A stretch of 64,000 nucleotides of DNA from Mytilus trossulus (Eukaryota). Both the position numbers and the translations under genes were made by a program. Every line of letters begins with the position of its first letter. Positions within the stretch are counted from its first letter, which is position 1. Where the stretch lies: positions 41,540,001 through 41,604,000 of the forward strand of contig NC_086373.1 of the NCBI RefSeq assembly GCF_036588685.1, given 5' to 3'. Positions 39,679 through 51,965 of the stretch are shown here, piece by piece. The notes beneath the pieces are model-generated. The model saw only the letters and a program-made list of their open reading frames with translations, searched no databases and was not told the origin of the DNA.

Positions 39679-41002
39679 TTTCTGAGGTTCTGAAAAACAT
39701 CAGGATTAATATTATATGTTACTGGAATTATCATTTTTTTGTCTTTTAATTTTAATTTTTCCAAATATTTAAATAAAGAAAGAAACGTTGAGCAAAGTTA
39801 GCACACTATCTACCATTCTTAGTTAATTTATCTAACGATGTTTCTTTATTACATTTTCATCATTTGCTTTTTATCATTTTATCACTGAAATTCCATTTTG
39901 AAGCAAACAGAAAATGTAGTTAGAATTGAACCATGTGTACCTTATAGTATGTTTAACTCTATTTATGCCTTTTTCTATTTCTTCAATAAATTTTTTCTTG
40001 TTTATCTTTGTCAAAATAGCATACATGTTGTTTTGTATCTTTACCATTCTTATTTATAATAAATATATATGTATAAAATATTTCTTACCTTTGTTTATAA
40101 CAATTGAAATGATTTGTAATGAATATTGTTGTATTGCTTCAGAATCGTTCTTTTATACCGTTTCAAATATGTTTTTAATAGTTGACATACACACAAGGAA
40201 ATTTGTAAATAAACCGCAAATGATGAATTTGTTAATTATGGTTCAAACTTTAAATGTCACCTGCATTCTTCTATGCAGCTTTGGATTATGCTTATTTATA
40301 AAAACAACTGTACACAGGGTCATTTCGTTATTTTCCTACTACTAAACACATTTGTCATTATGTCATGAAGTTATTACGAAATATTATTCAATATGGTTGA
40401 ATTTATTAATTTCGTTGTAATCAGAGACTTGTACTGTTTAAAAACTAACAGAACTCCTTGTATTACCTCATGGTATGGATATTTTTAATCTTTAAATTGA
40501 AATTACTTGAAAACTTTATCATTTGCTTGACATTTTCTGCGAATGGTTTTTTGAAACGCACGCGCAGTAAATTAATCATTAGAACGTATCTGATTTAACG
40601 AAGCTTGAGCTCATACTTACAAAAGGGACAAGATCTAGCCTAATTTAAAATCAAAATATTCAACATTTTAGAAGTTCTAGTGACATGTATCTTGTAACTC
40701 TTTTCTTTATGCTCCGTCATTGAAAATTATGATTGTTAACTGTTTTGGGTTTTAAATTACAAAAGGACAACAGAAGTATACGACTGTTCGAAAGTAATTA
40801 ATCGATAGAGTGAGAACAAATCCGGGTTACAAATCAACTCCTCCATTTGTTTAATGTTGCAATATATTTTGGCTGTGAGATATTTTTTGGTGACATGATA
40901 GAATGGTCACTATTTTTTATGTTTTCATCCAAAGAGAGATAAAAAGCTAAAGAACATCGCCGCAAAAATTACAAAAACAAACACACAAAAAGGACAACCT
41001 TT

Positions 41003-41161
41003 TCAATTTCATGTGTTTTATCTTTGGATTTGCCATTTTATCAGGAACTTTCCGTTTTACATTTTCCTCTGAGTTCATATTTTTTATGAACTCAGAGGAA
41101 AATGTAAAACGGAAAGTTCCTGATAAAATGGCAAATCCAAAGCTAAAACACATGAAATTGA
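41003..41161. repeat. Near-perfect palindrome, 77-bp arms with a 5-nt T loop
   Basis: 41003-41079 is the reverse complement of 41085-41161 with one mismatch; a partial third copy lies at ~41213-41238. Confidence 0.92.
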
Positions 41162-42104
41162 TAGTCATAACTGTCATATTTCTGACTTGGAACAGGCATT
41201 TTCATATTAAAATATGAACTCAGAGGAAAATGTAAAACTTGTTTTCACTCAAAAAAAATTTCCCATATATTTAGGATGTTTATGTTTCATGTAGTTTTTT
41301 TAATAAATAAAGGCAACAGTAGAATACCGTTGTTCAATCGTAAATCCATGGACAAAAAACTAAATCGGGGTAACAAACTAAAACTGAATGAATACATTAA
41401 ATACAAGAGGAGAACAACGACAAAACATTTAAATGTAACACACTTAAAAACGTGCTTGTCTTTTTATATGTATTATTGTATGACGCTGTCAATTTCTCTA
41501 AATATATAAATTATTGATTTTCCAATGGTACTTTCGGACTCTTTCATTCCATTCAAGATTAGGGAGCTTGTTACATATTTATATTGTTGATTTAGATTGA
41601 AGGTGTAAAAGATAATAAAGGAGACAAACACAGTTCATCCATGGTTAAATTGCATCGAAATACAACTCAAGATAGCAATCAAAAAAGGAATTTATAGAGT
41701 CGCATCAACACTGAAAATTAAGATCTTTCACAAAATTGATCGTTAAACTACAACTGGATCAAGGTCACTGCTCTGAAGACATTTTGTCCCCCCCCTGATA
41801 AATTAAATTTAACAAAAAATGTTAACTCGCAACGACAGACGAAGGTTCTCTCAATACTTAGTTATGGTGAAAGCATTTATCATAAAATATACATTAAGCA
41901 TAAAATGTTGACACGCAACGAAACTGGAAGATTTATTTTATCCCAATACAAAAGAGAGACGAAATATACCATAGGGACAGTCAAACTCATAAATCTAAAA
42001 TAAACTGACAACGCCATGGCTAAAAATGAAAAAGACAAACAGACAAACAATATTACATATGACACAACATAGAAAACTAAAGAATAATTAGTTATCCAAG
42101 TTAC

Positions 42105-42360
42105 CAGCATTGAAATAATTTAGTACGCTAGACGCGCGTTTCGTATACACAAGACTCATCAGTGATTCTCATATCAAAATAGTTATAAAGCCAAACAAAT
42201 ACAAAGTTGAAGAGCATTGATGATCCAAAATTCCAAAAGTTGTGCCAAACACGTGTAAGGTAATCTATGCCTGGGATAAGAAAATCCTTAGTTTTTCGAA
42301 AAAGTTTTGTAAACAGTAAATTTATAAAAATGACCACATAATTAATATTCATGTCAACAA
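42105..42360 (-). mobile_element. Retrozyme-family copy with hammerhead core
   Basis: Minus strand reads …tcaCTGATGAgtcttgtgtatacGAAACgcgcGTCtagcg, homologous to 48089-48132. Confidence 0.7.
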
Positions 42361-42754
42361 CACAAAACTAACCATGCCCAGATTTGACCAAACTTTGTTT
42401 GAACTAATAGTTTCCATTTTCATAAAATTCGTAACTGTTATTTATTTGAACCCTGTTTAGATAATTCTAGTAAATCAAATGCAGACTAATCGCAATAAGT
42501 GCGTATTAGATTGAAATTCTAATAATTATCTTACTTAGAAGATAATCTCAACGTCAACTAAACAACATATAAGTAACAATAAAAGAAAATAAAAACCGCT
42601 AATATTGCGTATTAGATTTTGATAAAATCCTTATTATTACTTTCTAACGTCAACTATTTAAACTTTATGCAGCGGTTTTCCAAGCGATTCGAAGAAAAGA
42701 ATAATATCGTCTATAAGGAAATGAAAGACTTCAGTTTATATAATTTTTTTTCAA

Positions 42755-43137
42755 ACTGTACAAGTCTCTGGCTACTACCAAAATTAATATAAAATGTATT
42801 AATTTGAGAACATTAACAATAGTTTAAAACAATATTTCATTACACGTACATGTAATATGACGTAATGAAAACTGTCGATTGTAGGAGGAAACAAAATGTG
42901 TTATTGACCCTGAGAACTTTTCATCATATTTACATATATTGCAATTCCTTAGTATTACGACAGTGTGACATTTAAAAGTGTACCTATAATATGCAAATTC
43001 ATTACTTGCGGTTAACTTAGAAATTTCCTTGTGTACATGTGTATTATAAACAATATAATTGAAAACGGTATAAAAGAACGATTCGGAAGAAGTAAAACAG
43101 TATTCATTAGAAATAATTCCAATTGTTCAAAACAGAG
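42755..43137 (+). promoter_or_regulatory. Conserved proximal promoter and non-coding exon 1 of the cluster genes (gene 3 shown)
   Basis: Ordered blocks shared by all 7 paralogs: AGTCTCTG, ATGAC(G/A)TAA, GTGACATT, AATTCAT…TG(C/T)GGTT (43007-43013), TTTCCTTGTGT, GTATAAAAG (TATA 43069-43075). Inferred TSS ~43099; donor at 43138. Confidence 0.8.
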
Positions 43138-43752
43138 GTAAGAAATTATTAAAGTAGAATCATAACTACATTGTATTTGGTATAAATAAATAGGAAAGAT
43201 ATTACAACTTTAATAAGTATAATAGTAACAAAGATAGGAAATAAGTCATTAAAGATTCCGTAAATTGTATTTATAAAGTTTTAAGCGTGATACATAGATC
43301 AATATTTTGGTTTTGATCTCAGTAATTTAAATTTAGATTACGTAACACAATACTGCTTCAAAGTACAATTTATTTTCATCACTGATATTTACTGTATTTT
43401 AAAATCTATCGTAAGGTTAATTCGGAATAAAATAATTATTGGAGATAATCAACTTATTAATCATTCGAAGTGATATTTTTTTCTTATGTTTAAATACTGT
43501 AAAGGTAAATGTTTATCTTATACTTATACTTGTAAATCAAGTTATGCAAGTTCCTTTTTCTGCATTTGTAAATTTGTGAATATACATCCTATGTATCTTT
43601 CTTATTTGTAATGTGAACCTAATTTCTCTGTAAAATCATATTGCATTCATCAATTGAAACTTAATTTTCAAGATTTACATAATTCGTATTGAATTATTTG
43701 AACTGCTATTTTGTTAGTCATGATATTTTTCTGTAAATTTCAGACTTGAAGG

Positions 43753-44787
43753 ATGACATTCCAGACCATTTTCGTGTTGATGGCATTGGCCACAATAACA
43801 GCAGCCGGTAAGAAAAATGTTCAATTATTTTAAGTCGAAATTTATTATTGTATCAAATAAAAGTATTTTCATTTTGTAGATAACATTTAAAAAATAACAC
43901 AGAATTTTCTGATATTTCCGAACCGGAACAGTCTATGCAATTGCTTTCAACAACGTTCTTTTGCTCAAAGTGTGTAGTTGTTTTATTTGTGATGATACTT
44001 GATATTATTGTATTGTTATAAAAAGAAAAATCACCAGTATTTTGTTCCAATAAATCAATTCATGAAAATCAAATAAATTGTCAGATATTCAATTTTTACA
44101 GTATATGCACCCTCAGATAAGCATGCATTAGATAGACATGGAGTGGAAAAGGTTTTACTGGTCGAAAACACAGTTGGTAGAAACATAAACAGGCATCGTA
44201 GTGACGGATCTCTTTCTGCACTGGATGTTATTGATGCAAATAGACGAGCAGGATCAAGAAATGTTGGAACATCTAACGGAATAGGCAGTGAATTTATTAC
44301 ACACGGGTCATCTTCCGGTAGAGGATTGTCTGGGGCTTCTGTTGGTGGCAGGACCTCTGTAGCTGGAAGTATTAGAGGCTCTTCAATTGGTTTGCCCCGT
44401 GCTTTATCTGACGATGATGATCATTTCACCTCTGGCAGCCGAATTGGTTCATCTGGTCTGGCTAGAAATGTGGATCTGACTAGAAATTTTCATTTGGAAA
44501 CGATTGGTAGTGGCCATGGAGTGTCTGGTCATTCGGGTGCAGATATTCTTGACGCAATCAGTTCTGGACGAGGTGGGCGTGTTGTACTAGACACTGTTTC
44601 TAGCAGACGTAGTGGATCAGGTCGTACTTCTGGTTCAGGACTAAATTCTCAGTCAGTGGTAGGAGGAAAAACTGAGTGCAAAAACGACTGTTTTAGTGAT
44701 GGAGATTGTCCAACAAACAGGTACTGTGCCACTGTTAATTGTCACAGGATTTGTAGAAGAAGACTGTCTAATGGATACTCACCATGA
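43753..44787 (+). CDS. Cluster gene 3 (subtype A): secreted Ser/Gly/Arg-rich protein with one C-terminal 6-Cys WAP-like module (246 aa)
   Basis: Exon 2 coding part 43753-43807 (MTFQTIFVLMALATITAA); exon 3 44102-44787; phase-1 intron. Confidence 0.9.
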
Positions 44788-46353
44788 AAAGATAATCACC
44801 GTAATCAAGATTATGAACACTTTTTTCTATCTTTTATAAAATTAAATATTGTTTTCAGTTTTTGTTATTGTATAGATGTTTTGTTATTTCATCAATAATA
44901 CTGATAAGTCATTCGTCAAATCTAACTACTAGTAATTAGAAAAAAGTATAACAACATACAGACACCAATACAGATATGAAAAAAAATTAACAAAAACACA
45001 CAGCAATTGAAAAAAATGTACAGTGATTTGTGTAAATTACAGTATCTCGTAAAACACAAAAAATCATAAAATAAACAATAATTAAAAAACTTTTTCCGCC
45101 AAAGTAAATACAATTCCTTGTTAAGTTCAACATTGATTTGAATAGTTATTTTAATTTCGAAATTTAATTTTAATTTTGATTTGAATAGATATTTTAATTT
45201 CGAAAACTGTTTACCTCGGGAAATAATAGGCTTATTTGTTAATTGATATATGCATATACTGTTGCGCCGGTTCCAAGTCAGGAGGCTCTGGCCTATGTTA
45301 TTCTTGTATGATTTTTAATTTTAGTTTGTTGTGTATTTAGTATGACTATAAAAAAGAAGATATATATTATCACTGAAGATATTAGTTTAGGAGCCAGCTG
45401 AATAACTGCTCCGAAAGCGGGAGATTCTTCCTGCATTGAAGACCTATTGGTGGACTCCGGCTGTTGTCTGCTCGATGGTGTGGTAGTTGTCTCTTTGACA
45501 CATTCACCATCTCCATTCTCAATTTTATTCATATGGTCGTTCCTTAATATAAAACGATACATGAACTATTTTTTAGCTTTCTATGTATGGGTTTCAATCA
45601 TTGTTGAAGGTGATACTGTGACATGTCGTTGAAAATCTGAACATTGTTACGTGTGTGATGGATAATTGTTTTATTAGCAATCATTCCACATCTTATCTTT
45701 ATATTCAATAGTCATGTAAAAGGCTTACACAGCTACTTTTGCATACTAGGTACTATTTATGTACCAAAAATCTGTAGTACTGGTAATAGACTTCTGATGT
45801 TCAATACTATTTTGTTACTTAATAACTATTGTAGTATTTAGGTACCTGTATTTTACAGTACTTGATTTGTATTTGAAATTTAAGTACTGCAAAGTTGCCT
45901 TTCGATTTTTATAAATTTTCACATTTTACTTTTTCGAGTTTCAGGGTTTTATTCATAAAAAAGGAAGATTTTCCAGTTTTATGTCACAATAACTAAAAAA
46001 TGCTTTCAGAAGTAAGCGTGAAAACTCTGGTGACTTGTTTATAAATATTGATGTTATCAACTTTTTTTTTTAATAAATTTCAAATATGACATTGAGAAGA
46101 AATTGAACTTCATTTGTTCAAAGTCTGACAACAAATTTACAGTATTGCGCAATAGCACAGTGTATTACACAACAGAAACCGAAACCTGTTATATTTCAAA
46201 TATTCAATTACTATCCAAACTCAAACCTTTATCAAGCTTGAATATTATGTAAATTTTTGCTCCAACTGTTCAGGGTTAGATCTCTGCGGGCGTATCAAGC
46301 TACGCTCAGCGAAGATGTTTATTATATTAATTTTTCAAAATTTGTTTTAAGTA

Positions 46354-46547
46354 CTGTAATTTCAAAAATGATTGTGCATTTGTTATTGCAATTTTGTCAT
46401 TTTAGACTAAAATACAATTTTAATTTTTGCAATATTCAGAAAAATCTTGTTTGATTCATTTAAAATCTTTCAAAATGCGAGATTTTATTATTGAGATTAT
46501 AACCCTGTCACATTTTCGCGATAATAAAAAAAATTCTGAATTTACAG
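46354..46547. mobile_element. TA-flanked MITE related to 7906-8111
   Basis: ta-CTGTAATTTCA…CTGAATTTACAG-ta. Confidence 0.65.
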
Positions 46548-47753
46548 TATATAGTTCAAACTAACAAAAAAACTTTGATTTCATTGTGGCTAGTCTGTAA
46601 ATCAGACATCAATAAAATTGAGAATGGAAATGGGGAATGTGTTAAAGAGACAACAACTCGACCATAGAGAAGACAACAGCAGAAGGTCACCAACATGTCT
46701 TCAATGCAGCGAAAAATTCCCGCACCCGGTGGCGTCCTTCAGTTGGTCTCTAAACAAATATTTAAACAGAGTTTGAATAATCAGTCGCTTAAACATAATA
46801 ACTGATAATGTAATATATTTGTTTTAATCCTTTTGTACGTCAGTCCTGATCATATCTAAAATCACTTTTTATCAGTTTGAGGAGTTTTGGCATATGATAT
46901 TTAACATAATTCGTATATTTTTGTTTCTTAAAACAATAATAAGTCTTCATAGAAACAATTACGAAAATCTTGTACTTAGGATAACATAAAGATACTAACA
47001 ACTAAACAATTTTAAGTGGACACATTTAAAGAAATTAGCACCTCAAAGGAACATAATTAGAACTTTACAATACTACATGCTAGCAGGTCCTTGGATAGAT
47101 CTTGCATAGTATTATCACATCATACAGAAATGAACCTTATATGACAAGTGTGTGTCTGGTAATATTAAATAACTTGGTTAGAAAATTGATTAGAATGATA
47201 GCAAATTGCAGAGTTATCTCCCCTCATTAGTTAATTGCTAGTGCATTTCAACCAAACTGTATCTTCTATTACCAGAACAGAAAATGATTGTTATTTTAGT
47301 GCATAACTACATATTATGAACTGAAATCAATATCAAACTGGGTGGTTTTTTTTGGTCATGTTTTCACCACTGCCTGATTCTTAGGCAGTCTGGCACTTAA
47401 TAAAGATATAAGATATGGAATGAATACCGATAAGACAAATATCAATCATACACGTAACAATGTTGAAATTTACAACTATATGCATCAGAATTACCTTCAA
47501 CAATGATTGACATCTATATCACATAGTTAGATAAAAAAATAATTCATATGTCTTTTCATATTAATGACCGACCATATGAGTGTATACATATAACAATTTA
47601 CAAATAAACATATTATTTCCCAAGGTAAACATGATTAATAATTTTCGCAATTAACATTCCTCATACTTTTTATGTTATAGTTCATGTTTTATGTATACCT
47701 CTTTTTATAATCAAAGATTTCTATTCTAATATCATTGCTTTAATCTGTTTTTG

Positions 47754-48165
47754 AAACACGAAACGCGCGTCTGGCGTATAAAATTGTAATCCTGGTACTT
47801 TTGATAACTATTTACACCACTGGGTCGATGCCACTGCTGGTGGACGTTTCGTCCCTGAGGGTATCACCAGCCCAGTAGTCAGCACTTCGGTGTTGGCATG
47901 AATATCAATTATATGGTCATTTTTATAAATTTTCTGTTTACAAAACTGAGAATTTTTCGAAAAACTAAGGATTTTCTTACCCCAGGAGTAGATTACCTTT
48001 TCCGTATTTGGCACAACTTTTTGGAATTTTGGGTCCTCAATGCTCTTCAACTTTGTATTTATTTGCCATTTTAACAATTTTGATATGAGCGTCACTGATG
48101 AGTCTTATGTAGACGAAACGCGCGTCTGGCGTATAAAATTGTAATCCTGGTACTTTTGAAAACTA
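47754..48165 (+). mobile_element. Non-LTR retrozyme-like element: one 355-nt unit bounded by direct repeats
   Basis: GAAACGCGCGTCTGGCGTATAAAATTGTAATCCTGGTACTTTTGA occurs at 47760 and 48115. The element is absent at the paralogous sites (~56915 and ~63140). Confidence 0.85.
48089..48132 (+). ncRNA. Minimal type I hammerhead ribozyme
   Basis: Stem I GCGTCA/TGGCGT, CTGATGA at 48095-48101, stem II GTC-ttatgta-GAC, GAAAC at 48115-48119, palindromic GCGC, GUC cleavage triplet (cut after 48126). Confidence 0.85.
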
Positions 48166-48606
48166 TTTGTAACGAAATTCGTTAGTTTTCTGTGTTGTCT
48201 AGCTATCAGCACGTATCCAAAATAAAAATTCTAAGAATGTTTGTAGTTATTTCAGAATTCCAATGAATGTAGAACTTGACAAGGAATTGTCTTTTCTTTG
48301 GCGGAAAAAGTTTTTTATAATTGTTTTTGTAATGCTTTTTGTGTGTTACGAGTTACTGTAATTTACACAAATCACCGAACATTTTTTTTCAATTGCTGTA
48401 TGCTTTTGTTATGTTTATTTATATTAGTAATGATGATGAATGCTGTTTTATTTTTTCTGATTAGTTTTATTTTATTTTAACAAAAAAAGTAAATGCAATA
48501 TTTTGTTTTTAAAAAGATATAAAAAAGTGTTCATAGATATAGGAAGATGTGGTGTGAGTGCCAATGAGACAACTCTCCATCTGTCTGGATTTCTGTGATA
48601 GTCTCT

Positions 48607-49790
48607 TCATGATGAGTATCCATTTGATAATCTTCTTCTACAAATTCTGTGACAATTAACAGTGGCACAGTATCTGATTGTTGGACAATCTCCATCACTA
48701 AAACAGTCGTTTTTGCAATCAGTTTTTCCTCCTACCACTGACTGAGAAACGAATCCTGAACCTGAAGTACGTGCTGATCCACTACGTCTGGAAGAAACAG
48801 TGTCTAGTACAACACTCCCACCTCGTCTTGAACTGATTGCGTCAAGAATATCTGCACCTGAATGACCAGACACTCCATGGCCACTACCAAGAGTTTCCAA
48901 ATGAGAATTTCTGGACAGATCAACATTTCTAGCCAGACCAGATGAACCAATTCGGCTACCAGAGGTGAAATGATCATCATCGCCAGATAAAGCACGGGGC
49001 AAACCAATTGAAGAACCTCTTATGATTCCAGATACAGAGGTTCTGCCTCTAACAGTAGCCCCAGATAATCCCCTACCGGAAGATGACCCGTGTGTTATAA
49101 ATTCACTGCCTATTCCATGAGATGTTGCAACTCCTCCTGATCCTGCTCGTCTATTTGCATCAATAACATCCAGTACTGAAAGAAATCCTTCACCACGACG
49201 CCTGTTTATGTTTCTACCAACTGTGTTTTCCACCAATAACACCTTCTCCACTCCATGTATATCCAATGCATGTTTGTCTGTGGGTGCATATACTGTAAAA
49301 TGAATATTTGACGTGTTATAATTTTAACAAATCTAGTAATACAAAAAAAAACAACTTTTGTTGATACGTGGATATTAGGATAACTGATAGTTTTACTAAT
49401 TTGATTACCATACCCTTTAGATGAAATGACTAGAATGTTATCAAGTGCAGGGAACGTACGGTTTCAGGACAGATGTAGGCTCATACTGTATAGTAAGCTA
49501 TAAAAGACTCCACATGACAAATATGAATCAATTAAAAAAAAAAACAGAAAACGTTTTGTGAAATTTTCTTTTATGTATACAAATGTATGCAGATGTTAGA
49601 AATAAACCCTCTTATGTACAAAAAATATATCCTTTTGAAAATTGTATTATGATAAGGTATTGGGAATTTTGTATCTTAACACCCAAATTATTTTATAAAA
49701 ACATTCTTTAAACTCACATTAAATTTACTTACCGGCTACTGTTATTGTGGTCAATGCCATTAAAATGAAAATGGTTTGGAATCTCATCAT
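48607..49790 (-). CDS. Cluster gene 4 (subtype B 5' region): secreted Ser/Gly/Arg-rich protein, one WAP-like module (247 aa)
   Basis: Exon 2 coding part 49790-49733 (MMRFQTIFILMALTTITVA); exon 3 49292-48607. Exon 1 ~50351-50313; TATAAAA at 50381-50375. Confidence 0.9.
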
Positions 49791-51520
49791 CTTTATAGTT
49801 TCTGAAAATTAACAGAATTTATGTTTTACGTTACTGGAATTTAGATGTGCACGTTTCTTATGATTTTTAATTACCTAGAGAAAGAATGTTTCGTTGAGTA
49901 AAGCAGGCAATCATTTTGAAAAATCATACTTAATTAAAATGTTTTAGAATGCCCTTTTCTTTTTCTTTTTTTTCTTTTTAAAATTCCTTTATTTAACTTC
50001 TTTGAATAATACGTTCGTTTTGTAAATTCTCTAATGAATAGACAAAAAACATCAAGTCTTTTTATTTTCTGATCAGAATGCTCTTTTCTTACAACTTCTT
50101 CATTTGCCTTCTATATCTTAAACTGCAATTTTTAACAGGTAGAAAATTTGGTAAGAATTCATATATTTGAACCATTTAGTATGTATTTTTTTTATGCCTT
50201 TTCTAATTCCTCAATGAATTATTTCTTGTTTATCTGTGTTATATGTAATGTTCATAGTTATTGCTATGTAAATCTAGCATTTTTATTTATAATACATATG
50301 TATATTTCTCACCTTAGTATAAAACAATAGGAATAGTTTGTAATGAATATTGTTGTATTGCTTCAGAATTGTTCTTTTATACCGTATCCAATTTTTTTCT
50401 AATAGTTGACATACACACAAGGAAATTTGGATATCAACCACAAATGATGAATTTGTTAATTATGTTTCAAACTTTTAAATGTCACAATGTCATTTTACTT
50501 TGCAGTCTTGGATTATGCTTATGTATAAAAAATAACTGTACTCAGGGTTATTTTGTTTTCTTACTGCTACACACACATTTGGCGTGATGTCATAATACAC
50601 GTAGTCATTACGAAATATTATTTTGACTGATGAACAATATGGTTAAATATGCAAATTATTATTTTTGTTGTAATCAGAGACTTGCACAAACTATCCGAAA
50701 GCCTCCTATATCCTCATGGTTTAGACGTTCAAATGTTTTAAATGAAATTACTTGAAAACCACTGTTTGATATTTTGTTCGAATGAGGTTTTTTTAAACAC
50801 AGTAATTATTAAGACATAACTTACATAACAATGCTTGAGCTTATGCTTACAACAAGGACGAGAACCATCCTTATTTGTAAACAAATTATTAAACAATTTT
50901 GAAAAAAAATAGTTTTGATGTATCTTGCATATCTCCTCCTCATGTTCCGTCATTGTTATGCTTGTTCATTAGGAATGTTATCACCAATCTAAAACTTCAA
51001 AAGAATTCACATCACTGTGTTAGGTTCTAAGTTACAAAACATTAATACATTAATAATGTTGTTTATATATAATCTACATATAAATCAACTCTAAAATTTG
51101 TTTGATTTCGCAGTATCTTTTGGCTGTTGAAAACTTTTGGTTACATGATAGAATGGTTTACTTTTTCATTTTATAGAGAGAAAAATACTAAAGGAAACAG
51201 TATTCAAAACAAAACCTATTAAACTACATAAATTGTAGCACCAACCACTTCATACCCCGGGGCGATCTCAGGTGAAAACTACTTTAACTAATCTGAGTAG
51301 ATTTTACTCAATAATGACACAGCAACTGCCTGCACTGACTATTTGTACTATTGCATGTATTGAAAGATGATTGACTTTTTTTAATATAGAAACTACAAAC
51401 ACATATTGAATATAACGGAAACGAAACGGAAAATACTCAAAATATAAAAACTCCTATGTAAACTCCGATTTAAAATAAACAAATATCTATTTCATTTATC
51501 ACGTACATGTATCTTTATAA

Positions 51521-51965
51521 GGTGGCACGGTAGTATTTGCATTCCAGAATTTTGGTTGCTCTTTTGTGTACCCTTCCTTAGTGAATGTATCTGAACAGCG
51601 TGATTAGACAAAAAAACAACAGTATCAACTGAATACACTTTCCCAAACTGAGGAATGAATCAGGTGTAGAAAAATATTAAATAATTTTACAAACAGATGA
51701 AAATGAATTTTTAAGAATTTTTTTTTCAAATTGTGCATTCACTGCATGATAAAAAAAACCCGAAAGCACTAGAGGCCTTAGGTTTTTTTAAAATAGCAAA
51801 AAAAGTAAACGGTCATGATACTATTCAAATTCATTTCTGAATAGTAAAATGAAATTTCTTTAGTTAAGTGTGAATGTAGAATGTTTTGCAGTGTAAAAAA
51901 AGGAGTGAAAGTTGTAAAATGGCTATCATTATGGCTTACGGGCCAGGAAATACTACCGTGCCACC
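51521..51965. mobile_element. Non-autonomous DNA transposon (Kolobok-like termini)
   Basis: TIR GGTGGCACGGTAGTATTT / AAATACTACCGTGCCACC in A/T flanks. Confidence 0.75.

Noticed and set aside
39926-40345. Hydrophobic 139-aa ORF and similar short AT-rich ORFs (50148, 50369, 52545, 59917 etc.)
   Set aside because: They overlap promoters, introns or repeats, are not conserved in frame among paralogous regions, and have composition typical of random AT-rich DNA.
40947-41217. Mirror-image ORFs on both strands
   Set aside because: Artefact of the 41003-41161 palindrome.
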